A DNA stretch of 64,000 bases from Emiliania huxleyi CCMP1516 (GCF_000372725.1 NW_005201183.1:129972-193971); one strand, 5' to 3'; shown: positions 13,450 through 25,862, counted from the first letter of the stretch. The notes: generated from the letters alone by a model not told the origin. Numbers and translations: made by a program.

Positions 13450-14475
13450 TTGTGTATAATCTTCTTGGCGTTTGAGCCGCTCGTACTAGAACATGAGTGC
13501 CGCGCTGTGTCGGCGAACCCCGAACCGAAATCGTCCGAATATTCATCGTCACAAGGCTTCTTTGCGTCCGACACTAAGGGAGGGGTCAGCAAGTCAGGAG
13601 CGTCCGCAGTCGATTTCAGCGCGCGCTTCAGCTGCTCAACCTCGCGCTGCATCGTGCGAATGCGCACCGCCGCGTTCCGGTCGCCTTCCTCATCCTCCTC
13701 GCCCTCCTCCTCGCCCTCCTCCTCGCCCTCCTCCTCGCCCTCCTGGTTTCGGCGGGTGGCCCTTGGCCTTGCGGATCTCGACGATCTCGCGCTCAAGATA
13801 GGCGAGGCGCGATTCGGGATCCGAACTCGGATCGTGCGTAGCCGACCAGCCGAGAACCGACTCGAGCGAGCCAGTGTCGCTGTCCTGCGTGAAGCCGATG
13901 ATTCCGGCGTGGAAGTGAAGGTCGTACTGCGTTCCGAAGTACTCCCAGTCGCACGGCACGCTCGAGATCGTCGCCGGGAAATCGGACGATTCAGGGCCGT
14001 GGAAAAACATCTCCGCCCACGGCCGGAGAATGTTGGCTTGGCCATTCGCGAGGTAGGGATAGAGGATGCTGATCCAGCCGCTGATGAAAGAGTGCGAGCC
14101 CGAGCCACCGCCGCGGTGCTGCGCAGCTTCACCATCGTCTGCCAGAACGAAAAGTTGACCTCGCCGCGGTAGCTGTTGACGAACTCATCGAGGACTGGGA
14201 GCAGGCACGCCATCCACTTGTCGCGGAACTCCGGCATCATCTTCTCCCCAAGCGCCTCGGCGCGCGCACGGAGCGCTGCCAGTCCTCGAGCGTCCCAGTG
14301 AGCGTGATGGAGGGGATGCCGCACATGGTCCTGCAACCGAAGGAGAAGTAGTTCTCCATCGCCGCCATAAGCGTCACCTCTGAGGCCGCGCGCGCGCCGG
14401 CGTTGGTCGTCGAAAAGGCGCCGGCGATCGCGTGGTGTGTCTCATCGCCGATGTGCTCGCGAATCTGCCTGCTAA
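13450..14475 (-). pseudogene. DUF4419-family gene, 5'-truncated and frameshifted
   Basis: Minus-strand peptides FSTTNAGARAASEVTLMAAMENYFSF, CGIPSITLTGTLEDW and FISGWISILYPY match the family pattern but fall in different frames. The 5' part is replaced by a dispersed repeat at ~14487. Confidence 0.65.
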
Positions 14476-14486
14476 ACTTGGGCCAT

Positions 14487-14570
14487 CATCCGGCCCGCTG
14501 GGTGCGCTTCTCTTAGCTCCCCGGCCCTGGATGTGAGGCTAATGACCCTGCACTCCAAGTGCTCCAAGCT
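14487..14570 (+). repeat. Dispersed repeat D ending in a (CCAAGTGCT)n tail; second copy at 63693-63772
   Basis: CTGGGTGCGCTTCTC..AGCTCCCCGG..TGAGG..TGCACTCCAAGTGCTCCAAG is shared by both loci. Confidence 0.8.
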
Positions 14571-14811
14571 CTTGGTGCTCCTGGCGGCCGTTTGAAGGGC
14601 GGGCGCGCGCCGATGGGGGGTGGGTGTGTCTTGCTTGCTCCACACCGAGCGCCCACGGTCCGGACCGGCGTGGTCACCGAGGGTCGGCTTGCACAAGGTC
14701 TGTGCCGCGGGCGCTCGGCGCCAAGTGCAGTGTCACGCTGTTCATCAACAAGCGGTTGCGCCGCTTGGACCCGAGCATAACCCTCCCTCCACCTACCCGT
14801 GTCCCGAAATG

Positions 14812-16113
14812 GGCAAAAACGGGGTGATTTCGGTCATCCGTCAAAATATCTGAAGATCCTACTATAGGATTCTCCCCAAACCTTGCTCAGCTGATCCAGC
14901 CTGGGGGGAAGGCCAGGCCTGGGCAAAGAAACCAGTACCTCATCAGGCTTCCCTGAGCGTCACAGCTCGGTGATCGCGCCGGCCGGACACCACTGTAACG
15001 TCCGTTCCGGGCATTTGAACGCGACCTTCGGGGGCAAAGACATGGGCTCTATGGCTCAGACTGGACTCCTCTTGGTCCCTTCTGATGCCCTAGGCCACAC
15101 CTGGGCCTTACCTGGGGTCCTAGGGGCCGGGCAGGGTTTGCCCCCCCCAACTGGCCCGGAGAACCTTAATAGTACAAACCCAATGGTCCCTTGCGAGCGG
15201 TCCTTCGTTGCGGTCGCACACACGCACACGCCACGCCGCACCGCGCGCCCACCCACTGCCCCGCCCAGGCGGGAAAGAGATGAGGAGATGGGACAGCAAA
15301 GGAGGAGCCCAAACACGTATGGGAGGGTTCAGTTGTGCGCCACGCTGCCCGGCGTCTCTCACTTTCCGGGACAGCCCCGCCCTTTCGAGGCGGGAAAGTG
15401 ACGGCTACCCCGTACGCCCTGTTGCATCATACCCCATCGCCGACCGCCCATCCCCCCTCCTCGTTCCCGCCTCGAACTCTCCGGACCCCGACAAGCCGCC
15501 CGACGTTGGGCCTCTGCCCCGCACGCCCCCGCCCCTTCTGCCCCTCGCTCGCACCCCGGCCCGACACGCACATACAAGACAAACCCGGCGTCCTGCTCTC
15601 AAAAGAAAAAGAAAAAAGGGAATGAGGAGACCAGCGGGGGAGACTCCCCGCCTATGCAAGCCCCAGAGAGGGGCCGCCATCGCCGAAGCTGTGCCAAAGC
15701 ATAACTCCAAAACCCGCAGCGGCCCAGGGGGCCTTGGGGGCAGCCTGCCGGACCGCCGCTGCACGGGGCTAGGCACCAGAAAATGAGTGGAATTGATGAA
15801 TTGGGCCGTTGTCCGTGCCTCCCCTCTATACGTCAGAGTGGGACCTACGCCGCGCCGGGTAAGGGGCGCGCCCGGTCCTCGACGGAGCCGCGTGCCCCAA
15901 ACGACCCAGGCGGCGAGTAGTCGTCCTCGAACCTTCGACATGTAGTTGCCCATAGTTAGCGCCCGCCCGCCCCCCCCTCCGTCGCTTCGCAAAAGAAAAA
16001 AACAAAATAAAAACAAGCGAAAGAGAAAGCGAAGCCAAAAAACGATTGCGTAAACGGCGTCACAAAGCCCGCCGGTTTTGATCGACAATCGTGAGATTGA
16101 CCGCCGTCGACCA
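14812..16113 (+). mobile_element. ~1.3-kb non-coding composite repeat; segments recur inverted at 36085-36448, 47609-47907 and 62465-62800
   Basis: Reverse-complement matches are visible, e.g. GGCAAAAACGGGGTGATT...GGGCAGGGTTTGCCCCC, TAATAGTACAAACCCAATGGTCC and CGACATGTAGTTGCCCATAGTTAGCGCCCGCC. Confidence 0.8.
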
Positions 16114-16197
16114 TGGGCTAAAGGCGACGACGTTAGGAAGTGTACAGCGCCGAATCCGACAGGCGGACAGCCTCTGGCAAGAGAGTAGGCACGAACG

Positions 16198-16803
16198 ATG
16201 CCTGTGCTGGCGTGGCTCGCTGCTGTGCCAAGCCGCTCGCCTCTATTTGCTAGCACCAGCAGCTGCCCCGAATGCGACCTCTCTGGTCTCGGCTTCACGC
16301 CGTGGGCCAGCGGCTCAAAACCCTTTTCCTTGGCAGAGTGGCGGGCTCTCGTTCCAGAGCCACACGATCAGATCAATGGCAGGGTCCCGCCAGGCATCCC
16401 GATTCCCACAAACTCGACGCGACTCAGCGCACAATTGGTCAATGACGTGTGCTTCGTCAACTGGTGGATTCCAGGGCGGCCGCGGGGGTACCGCACTCCC
16501 ATTCACGTCCACCCGCGGCCACAGACAGTGTGCGTCGTCAGCGGCGCAGTCATGACCATCGCTGATGGTATGCCGGATGAGCTCCACACAGCGGGCGAAT
16601 GCTACTTGATGCCAGCGATGACAAAAATGGTGAACCTGGCCGTCGGAAATGGCAGCGACGGCATGGGCTATACCGATTTTGATACCTTTCGCGTCCCGCT
16701 TGGCGAGCCCGAGTGGGTGGTAGTTGAGCCGGGCCCGATTTTGGCGGCGCAGGACCTGCAGTTCGTGCGAGACTGGCATAACTCCTCGAGCTGTACCATG
16801 TAA
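16198..16803 (+). CDS. Cupin-fold protein, possibly secreted, intronless
   Basis: PGRPRGYRTPIHVHPRPQTVCVVSG (cupin motif 1) and AGECYLMPAMTKM (motif 2-like); hydrophobic N-terminus. Confidence 0.6.
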   Translation: MPVLAWLAAVPSRSPLFASTSSCPECDLSGLGFTPWASGSKPFSLAEWRALVPEPHDQINGRVPPGIPIPTNSTRLSAQLVNDVCFVNWWIPGRPRGYRTPIHVHPRPQTVCVVSGAVMTIADGMPDELHTAGECYLMPAMTKMVNLAVGNGSDGMGYTDFDTFRVPLGEPEWVVVEPGPILAAQDLQFVRDWHNSSSCTM

Positions 16804-17509
16804 AAGTCAGATACGCTCAAGCTCGAGACGCAGTCCTTGGGACAGCGACGACTGTGCTACCGTGACCATAGAGGTCGCCCGTGGGGCAAGGTATGAAGTG
16901 TATGGGCGTCTGTTTCGCATGTGTGTTACTCGTATGATATGTACGGACTAGCCGGTACAAAAATTCCCGCAATAAAGCTTCATATGGGCCCGAACGGAGC
17001 TCTGGGGAATCTCTCATGTCCTGAGAGCCCGGTGTGATGAGACATCACCTCGTGCCGGCACTTAAGAGATACTTTTACTCTACTTTATACCTATTGTATC
17101 TGGCATTGTATCTGCATTGTATCTGGAATTGGCCGGATACAATTGTATCTCGCTGTATCTGTAGGTGCCCCTTGTTGTATCTCCCATGTAGGTTTAGGAA
17201 GGTGTGACAGGGAAAGGTATTGTACCTGCATGTGGCCTCTTGCGCTAGGCTACCCACCTTATGCGAGGATAGGCCTCGGGCTATCGGGCTATCTCGCGGT
17301 TCTCGGCTCTCTCGCAGCAAACGTCAAAGGTCAAAATTGGACGGCACGCCTTGTGGCCCAATTGACCTTTGACCACTCTCGCCGCGAGAACTATATTTCT
17401 ACTAACTGAGGTGACCGACTCTCAAGTAAGGGGATGCAGTGGGCGGCCTAACACGAGGTGTACCGTAGTGCGCCGCCCACCCGCCTCTGATGTGAAAGCA
17501 AGGGTACCG

Positions 17510-18237
17510 CTAAATTTTTCGGTTTTCAGGTAAACGCCTCCTGCTCCGCTCCGCGCAGCTACCAGCTTCAATCACTTGGGTGGTGACCTCCGGCGCTTCG
17601 ACGGACTCGATCTGCGCACCAGTCGCGTCGGAGAGCGCTTCTGGCGTCACGTCGGCAAGGGCATCGCCGGCCGACTCGGCGCTCGCCTCGGACGCCAGCT
17701 CAATTTGCGCGGTGACCTTGACGCTCGCGGCTTGCACGGTGAGGGCGATGGCGTCCGGAGACACGTCGATGCTCTGCTCGAGCAGGAGGAGCACCAGGCC
17801 GAGCTTGTACGCCGTCTGGTTGAATGTGGAGACGTCGCCCGCGACCACGCTCTCCATTGTCACCGCGTAAACGTACGTCGCGTCGGGCGGGAGTGGCGGG
17901 AGTGGCGGGAGCAGCGGCGGCGGCGACGGCGAGGGCCGTGATGGCACTGGAGGAGAGACAGGCATTGGCGACAGCAGCGGCGGGGGCAGCGGCGGGAATG
18001 GTGGTGGCGGCGATGGCGGCGGTGACAGGGGCGGCAGCGTGGACGGCGGCGGCGGCGATGGCGAGGGCGGTGGGGGCGAGGGCGAGGGCGGCGGCGGCGA
18101 GGGCGAGGGCGAGGGCGGCGGCGGCGAGGGCGAGGGCGAGGGCGGCGGCGGCGAGGGCGAGGGCGGCGGCGGCGAGGGCGAGGGCGGCGGCGGGGACGGA
18201 GGCGGCGGCGAGGGCGAGGGCGGTGGAGGCGAGGGGG
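17510..18237 (-). pseudogene. Fragment of a Pro/Ser-rich (SPPP) extracellular protein with a following beta-rich domain
   Basis: The minus strand encodes (SPSPPPP)n then YVYAVTMESVVAGDVSTFNQTAYK..VQAASVKVTAQI. No N-terminus is evident and there is a frame change. Confidence 0.45.
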
Positions 18238-18597
18238 ATGAGCGGGCCCAAGGTGCGGCTCGACCTCGGATTCTCCCTCCGCGTGCCGGAGGAGAGCTTG
18301 CAGGTTGCGCCGCACGGCATCATTGGCCAATCCTTCGACGGCGACGGCATCGGCATCAGCGGCGCGCGCGATCCGGCGCCACGCGCGGGCGCCAACCTGA
18401 GCACGACCGCGATGGCCGAGGGTGCGATCGAGGGCTCGTGGCGCGACTACGTCATGGCGTCAGAGTACGACACCGCGTTCAAGTTCTCGCGGTTCGGGGC
18501 GGCGTTTGCGGCCCCGCGCAACACGACGGCGCTCACCGGCGAGCGGATCCGCTCGCTGGCGAACACAGGCTCCGCCATGGCCACCGAGAAGTATTAG
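18238..18597 (+). pseudogene. C-terminal fragment (or short ORF) of an algal extracellular protein with a PHGIIGQSFDGD motif
   Basis: Non-repetitive peptide APHGIIGQSFDGDGIGISG..AMAEGAIEGSWRDY..FKFSRF; it directly abuts the antisense polyproline repeat. Confidence 0.45.
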
Positions 18598-18742
18598 GTG
18601 AGGGCTTGCAGGGCGTGTGGGGATGGGGGAGAGGGGCGGGGGCTGGCACGAGCAGCACGTGGCCGGGGGTGCCCCGAGGCCCAGCTTCATGTCCCAGCTC
18701 GCATCGGTGACGGTGTGGTGTGGTGGCGCCAGCGAGCAGCAC

Positions 18743-18784
<42 letters not shown>

Positions 18785-19204
18785 CAGTCCCGTGCCCAGT
18801 GTCGTGCGAGGGACGGAGGGCTTAATTGTAAGGGAGGTTATTAGTCCCGCTATGGATATGTTTAAGAGCCACTAATATGCACGAATTGTTGCATGTTGGC
18901 CACCTTATCGTATGCAGCACATGCCTCTCCACACCTCCCGTGTATCGATAGCGCAACCTTTTAACTTCACAGACCGCGGCGGAATCCGGAAAAAAATCTT
19001 CTTTTGGTGTGTGTGCACTTCCACTTGGACACTTGAGCAAAAGTACAATGCCCCCACAATAGTCTGGCCCGGTGGGCTCAACACGCCGGATGCGAGGCCG
19101 AGGGCACTACAAAGGGCGACGCTGGTCGCTGCCTGTTCTCTCTTCTCTCCAGTCGCACGCGCCCCCCAACCGTGTCCTCTGGAAAGCACCGCGCGCGCCA
19201 AGTG

Positions 19205-21924
19205 CTACGGCGGCTGCGGCGAGGCAAGCGGCGGCGGCGGTGGTGGCTGTGGCGCCCGGTCGGGCGGAGCGGGCTGCGGCTCTGGCGCCTCCACCAGCTG
19301 CTGCAGCGGCCGCTGATCCTGCTGCTGCTGCTGCTCCTGCTCGGGCGGCCGCGGGCCCGGCGGCGGCGGCTGCGACGGCTCCGCCCCCAGCGGCGGCGGC
19401 GGCTGCGGCGGGCAGGCGGCCGCCTGGCGGGACGCCTCCCCGCCGACGCGCCCGCCAGGGCCGGGGTTGGACGGAGGGTCGGGCGGCGGCGGGCCGGGCG
19501 GCGGCTGCTGCTGGGCTTGGGCGTGGTCGTGGATGCTCGCTCGGAGGTCCTCGTCCCAGCCTAGCAGCCGAGGCGAGCTCGAGGGTTACATCTCATTCTC
19601 TCCCATTCAAATTCTGATGTTCCATTACTATATTCTAGCCTAGCAGCCGGGCGAGCTCGAGGACGCCCGCGTCGCAGTCGCCCTCGAAGAAGGCGTCGCG
19701 GTGGTTCGCCTCGTCGCCGTGCAGCATCGCGCGCGGGTCGCGCAGCCCGAGCATCCGCACCATCGGGTCCGCCTCGCCGACGAGCTCTCCTGTGGTACGG
19801 GCGTGGACGAGTCACGGAACGTGTCCTGCACCGCCCCCTCCCCCTCGCCGAGCAGCTCGCCTGTGGACAGGTCTCGGACATGTCTCGGACATGTCGTGGA
19901 CAACCCTCCCCCTCGCCGAGCATCTCGCGGTTCAGCAGCAGCCGCGGCGTCGCGAGGCCGCACCTGTGGGGAGAGGGTAAGGTAAGGTAAGGTAAGGCAA
20001 ACTTCTCCACACACACGAGGTGGTGGGGCAAGGGGGGGCGACCTCGCGTCTCCACGTCTAACGACAGGAGCCCCACGGCATTAAATGTGCAACGGTGCGC
20101 GTGGGTGGGGAGAGGGGTGTCCGGAGGAGGGCTCAGAGACGCGGCCCCAGAGACGCGGCGTGCGCGAGGGCGCGGCACCGGCCGAGCACGACGCGAAGGG
20201 GTATAAGGGGGTACAAAGGGGTATAGGGGTATAAGGGGTATAAGGGGCGCAAGGGGCACACGGGGGCACACGGGGGTGCAAGGGGGTACAAGGCACCGGC
20301 CGAGCAGAGACGCGAAGGGCTGCACCTTGAGCGACGTGCCCATCACGATGAGGGCCTGCTCGCACACCGGCAGGACGTGACGCGGGCCCCGCCGCCTCTC
20401 CGCCCGCCGGAGCCGACGCCGCGAGGGCGCGCCTCCGCCGCAGGCAGGTGTAAGGGGGTATGAAGGGGGTATAAAGGGGGTATAAGGGGCGATGGCGCGC
20501 CTCCGCCGCAGGCAGGTCGGCCTCGGCCGCCTCAAAGAAGCGAGCCGGCAGCTGCTCGCCAAAGAAGACGATGTCCGGCTTGCAGAGCCCGCCGTACCGC
20601 TCCGCCAGCTCCGCCCAGCCTCCCGGCCCCTCGCGGCCGACCGCGACCGCCCGACGCACCTCGAGGGTTAGGAGGGGGGGGGGGGAGGGGTCAGGGGTCG
20701 GGGTCGGGGCCAAGCCCACCCCTTTGCGCATACTCGACGCTTGGGTCAATCCGCTCCCCCACTCGAGCTGGCTCTCAGTGAGGGCCGGGTCCACCCCCGG
20801 CGCCGGGTCTCGAGAGACCTCCTCGGCTCCGTGCCACGCGCTCTTACTGAGAGCCGCTCGCACCTCCCCGCCGCGCGGGGACCTTAATTATGAACTAGTA
20901 ATGAGTACTGATGAGTTCAGGCGCACCTCGCCGAGAGGGACCGGCTCGCCCGTCTCGATGCAGTGGCAGCCGTCGAAGTTGCCGTGCGCGGCGATGGTCA
21001 AGTCGGCCGGCAGCCCGGCGCGCGCCTCGAGCGAGTCGATGTTTTGCGTGAAGCAGCGGCGCAGCAGCCCCTTCGCGTGCAGCAGCGCGACAAAGTGGTG
21101 GGCGGGCGTCGGCTGGAAGTTGTCGGGCCACATCTCCCTCGCAAGGAGGTAGAAGGCGTCGGGCCGCTCGCGAAAGTAGGAGAGCTCAAAGATGGCCTGC
21201 GGCGACGGCAGGTCGTACTTTTGCAGGTTGTCGTACAGGCCGGTCCCGGGCGACCTGAGTGTTGAATACGCCAGCTTCAGGGCACGAAGGCGGTATTGTG
21301 CAGCGTCTTCGAGAGCACCGCGTGAGTACAACGGAGAAGAATACAGTGCATACAGCGGAATACGACCGAGTACGGCGGAATACGTGTCCTCTCGGGCGCT
21401 AGTTGGGATACATGAACACGTATTCCGCTTCTAGGCCGGGCAGACCGAAAGTCCGGGATGCCGGCCGACACGGAGATGCCGGCGCCGCAGAGGACGACGA
21501 CCGACCGCGGCGGGCAGGAGGCGAGTCGCTGCGCGAAGCCGGCGATGTCGAAGGACGGCAGCTGCGCCGGCCGCGCCGGCGCGTCGCGCATCTCGTACCC
21601 TCTCGCCAGCAGCGCCTCACGCAGCTGCGCCACCATCGCCGCCTGCCGCTCCTCCGACTCCTCACCGCTCCCCTCGCCGCTCCCATCGTCGCCGCTGCCC
21701 TCGCCGTCACCGTCGCCCTCCTCGCCGCCCTCCTCGCCGCCTTCGTCGAAGCCGCCCAAGTCAGCTGTGCCCTCGCCGGGCATCGGCGACGCGGGGAGGT
21801 CAAAGATGCCGTCGCCGTCCGCGTCCGGCAATATCGCCGCAGCGGCAAAGACGTCCTCCTCGCCGTCCTCGCCGATCGCCGAGGCCACGGACATCGCATC
21901 CGTGTCGGAGTCGGAATGCTGCAT
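19205..21924 (-). CDS. SIRT2: NAD-dependent deacetylase, class I sirtuin (SIRT2/Hst2-like), multi-exon
   Basis: Motifs GAGISVSAGIPDFRS/PGTGLYDNLQKYDLP, TQNIDSLE, AHG, KPDIVFFGE, GTSLKVQPFASL, LLLNRE and GDCDAGVLELARLLGW. The last exon follows intron 19561-19639 and reads in frame to TAG at 19205-19207. Confidence 0.92.
19975..20092 (-). mobile_element. SINE/LINE-3'-end-like repeat with (CCTTA)n tail inside a sirtuin intron; second copy at 36745-36859
   Basis: GTAAGG..AAACTTCTCCACACACACGAGGTGGTGGGGCAAGG..TCTCCACGTCTAACGACAGGAGCCCCACGGCATT is shared by both loci. Confidence 0.7.
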
Positions 21925-22298
21925 GTGCATGTACACACACTCGGGTGTGCGCGGGGGCTTTCGTGAAGCGTAAAAAAGAAATTTACGCAAAACTCCCTCG
22001 CACAACACTGGGCACGGGACTGGCGCGTGGCACTAACAAAGAATTTAAACTCGCCCTTAAAAAGAATTACACCAAGACTGAAGTCCCGGCGGTGTGACCG
22101 CCGCGCGCGCCGCGTGGTGACCGGTGAGCGGTGTGCGTATGACTATTTTTTCTATGCGGGCGCTCTCACAGTACACAGGAGGTGAGTCTCACAAGCTCGC
22201 TGCCAGAGAGGAGGGGCGGGGGCCGGCACCGCCACGCCACACCTCGACGAGGAGGCTCTAGTTTCCCCTCTCGCCTCTGCCGAGCACAACCTCCTCGC

Positions 22299-23789
22299 TC
22301 ACGGAGGAGGGGAGGGCGGGCTCGGCGGGAGGCTCGGGAAGGTGTACTCGGCAAACACGAGGGCGGTGGTCAGCAGGGACAGCGCGACGCACACCCCCGT
22401 CGCCATCTGCGCGCGCCACGCGCCCGCCCCGCGAAAGTGCGACATGAGGCGCGAGGTGACGAGGGGCGGCGCCGTGCCGTCGCGGGAGAGCAAGTTCTGC
22501 AGCGAGGGCTCGGCGCCGCCGGCGCCGCGCCGCTTGAGCCGCATCTCCATCAGCCACTCGTCCGCCATGTCGCCGTCGTACTCGCGCACGACGCCGCCCG
22601 AGCGGACGAGCAGCAGCACGGCGCCTGGAGGGCGGAGGAGGGTGCGGCGGAGGAGTTCGGCAGGATGAGGAGGGGGGACGGGGCCTGCCGGCCGAGCGGG
22701 GGGCGGGCGGCGGCGCGCCGTGGACGGGCGGGTTGCAGCCGGGGCAGTTTTGGAAGTCGGGGTTGGTGAGGTGCGGGTGGTTGGGCTCCGAGTGCAGGTA
22801 CTCGGCGGGGTCCCCAAAAGCGAAGCCGCCTAGAGGCGCGGCGTGCGCGTGTCGGGCGGGCAGCGAGGCGTCGGCGGCGCGGCGCGGAGGAGGCGCGGCC
22901 CTCGCGGAATCGCTCGCACGCCGCCTTGAAGGCGGCGGCGAGGGGGAGGCGGAGCGGCGCGCCCTTGGTCGCCTTGAGGTCGTCGCCGATCACGTCGTAG
23001 AATCCCTGCGCAAACTCGCGCGCGGCGGTGTCCTCGGTGATCGAGCTCCTGCGCTGACGGGCGGCGGACGCGTCGCTGGCGCGCGCAGCGGCCTCGGAGG
23101 GGGGGAGGGGTCGGGGGGGAGGGTCGGAGGGTCGGGGGGGAGGGGCGGCGCCAGCAGATGACGGCGATGTCCTGCGGAAGGCCCTCGACGATCGCCCGGC
23201 CGAGCTTCTCCGACTCGCAAGAGTTGAGGAAGACGCACCTACGCGCGGGGGGGAGGGGGCGGTGAGGAGGCGAGGAGGCGCCGCCGACGGCCGGCGGTGC
23301 TTGCAAGCGGCGGGCGCACTCGAGTCCGGGCGGCTCCTCGTCCGGCCGGTGGGCGGCGGCGGCGCTCTTACGCGCCGCGGTCGCCTGGCGCAGCATCGCG
23401 ACGAACTGCGCATTCTTCTGGTCGATGTTGGACGAGTCGATGGCGCCGTTGGCCTTCTCGAACGCGAGCGCTCCTGGGGAGGACCGGGGGGGGGGGGGGG
23501 GGTTCGGAAATATCCCGGAAGGATGCCGGGGAAGACGCCAAAGGCCAAGGAAGGCCCAGGGGGGGGGGGGGGGGACAGAGGGGGGTGCCCCCCCAAGGGG
23601 GGGCCCCCAAAAAAAAAAAAAAGCCGGGGAGGGGCTCCTCCATCTCGCGCCGGCAATCGTCGAGCGTCGCGGCGGGCACCAGGGCGAGGTAGACCTTTGG
23701 GGTGGGGTGGGGTGGGGTGTGTGTGTGGGGGGGGGGGGTTGCTCAGCGGTCTGCACGGCAAGTGCGTCCGGTGAGAGGAGAGTGTGGCC

Positions 23790-23877
<88 letters not shown>

Positions 23878-25862
23878 GCTGGTGCACGGCAAGTGCGTCC
23901 GGTGAGAGGAGAGTGTGGCCGAGGGGTCGTGAGCCGAGTGCACAGGGGGGGTGCCTTTGGCACGGAGCGGAGGAGGAATCGCATCTCTTGCCCGAAGCGG
24001 AGCGGCTCGAGGCGCAGCGCCTTGCGCAGCTTTGGCGGCACGGTCGGGTTGGAGAACAGGGCGAGCAGGGCGGTGTGCTTGCCCGCGATCAGGTCGCGCT
24101 TGACGTCGCCTTCGCCCTGCAGCGCGACGGTCGTGAGGAAGATTTGGCGCTCGAACCGGTTGATCCGCCGAGCGCCGTAGAGCAGCATCAAGGCGACCTG
24201 ATCACGACCCTTCCGCGGTGAGACAGCGCCGGCCCGAGCCGCCGCCGCCGCGGGTGGAGCCGTCGGAGCGCCAGCGGAGCGAAGAGGAGTGCGTCCACCA
24301 CCCCAGCGCCGGCGGTGAGGCGGAGCCTCTCGTGCGCCTGGGCGAGGGAGCGCGACGCGGCTGAGCCTCGCAGGAGGCGTGCCGCCGCACCCTCCCCTCG
24401 CGGCAACTCGCTGCGGCGACTCCCCTCCCCTCCTCTGCTCTCCCTCCTCTCCTCCTCCTCTCCCTCCCTCCCTCCCTCCCTCCCTCCCTCCCTCCCTCCC
24501 TCCCTCCCCCCCTCTGCGGCGTCCCGCTGCGGCGTCTCTCGCGGCTGCGCCACGCGCCTCCTCGAAATCCGCATCACCCCATCTCTCCCCATATCTCCCC
24601 ATATCTCGCGCCTCCTCGAAGTCCGCATCACCCCAGCCCTCCAGCTCGGCTTTCTTTCGCACATCGCGCAGCACGTCCGGCAGGGTGCGGAAGAGGTGGC
24701 ACTCGGTGAGGAGGAAGAGGAGGATGACGAGGATGCAGTCAACCAGCGCCCAGACGTAGTCGAGGCACGACAGGATGCCTACTCCGACGGTGCAACCAAA
24801 GTCCGGCAAGGCGATGCCGAGCAGCAGCAGCCGCCGCGGCACGAGAGGGGTGTGTGCAGAGGAAGGCCGCCCAAGAGCCGAAGAGCAGGAAGCGCAGCGC
24901 GTGCCACGACTGGGCGGCGAGCTGCGATGCCAGCGGCGGACAGTCTAGGTACGACTTCTGCAACCTCTCGCAGAGAAGAAGCACGCCCGCGTCTGCCACC
25001 TCCCCACTCACCGCGTCAGTCAGCGCCGCCTTGAACACGGCGGCCTACGGGAAAGCTCCGGGAAGGTTCGCGGAAGGTTCGCGGAAGAGGCTCGCGGCGC
25101 CTGCTCGCGGCCTCGGAGGCGCGGGAGAGCGATCTGAGGTACATCTGGAAGGTGACGAGGGCGAACGCAGACACGACCAGCAGCCAGTTTGCCGCTCCTA
25201 CGTCGGTGCAGAGCAGGGCCCACGCGGCGACGGCGCAGACGGAGCTCCAGATGTGCACGTCCGTGTCTTTGACCTGCACCCCGAGGGCGGGGTCGGGGTC
25301 GGGGGTGGGGGTACGTCCCCGCGCTCCGCCGCGGCGCGCGTGCGAGCTGGCGGGCGCGCGCCATCATCATCGACACGCCCGCCTCGAGCACGCCTCCCGC
25401 GCCGCGATGGTCGCTCTCAAAGTTGAGGAGCGACTGCTGGTAGATGGCGAGCGCGGCGAAGAGGAAGCCAAAGAGGAGGAGGACGCGCTTGATGTACTTG
25501 AGCTGGTGGTGCCGCAGATACTCGCAGAACGCCTCCTCCACCGACGCGTCGCCGAACCGATTCGTCAGCCAGCTCTGGCCCACGAGCCGGCGCATCCGCT
25601 TGTTTGCCTGTCGCGAGAGCGACTCGCCCATCCACGAGCTGAACTGCTCGTGCTGCACCGCGTTGGACGGCTGGTGCTTCACCATGGTGGTCGGCAGCGA
25701 CCGCTCCGCGCCCGAATCCAGCAGCTGCCGCCCGCTGCTCACAGGGTAGCTGGTCTTCGAGCTGCGCTCGTCCACCAGATTCGACGGAGACTGATCAAAC
25801 ATGGCGATCGTGTTGTCGTCCACCTCTTCGCCGTAGACCATCGACTTGATGGAGGTCATCAT
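22299..25862 (-). CDS. Multi-exon polytopic membrane protein with a CHAT (caspase-like) domain
   Basis: Several hydrophobic helices in the 5' exons, then LLALFSNP..LEPLRFGQEMRFL, ATLDDCRREM, GALAFEKANG, CVFLNSCESEKLG and ITEDTAAREFAQGFY, in CHAT-family order. Region 23480-23740 is low quality. Confidence 0.6.

Noticed and set aside
14487..14570. HDV-like ribozyme (GGCTAATG)
   Set aside because: No CCUCG-type L3/P1.1, and the motif is not conserved in the 63.7-kb copy.
14925..14950. Hammerhead ribozyme (CTGATGAG on minus strand)
   Set aside because: No downstream stem II-GAAA core, and the second copy reads CAGATGAG.
23480..23740. G/C/A homopolymer-rich segment as a biological feature
   Set aside because: It looks like low-quality read sequence interrupting a coding exon.
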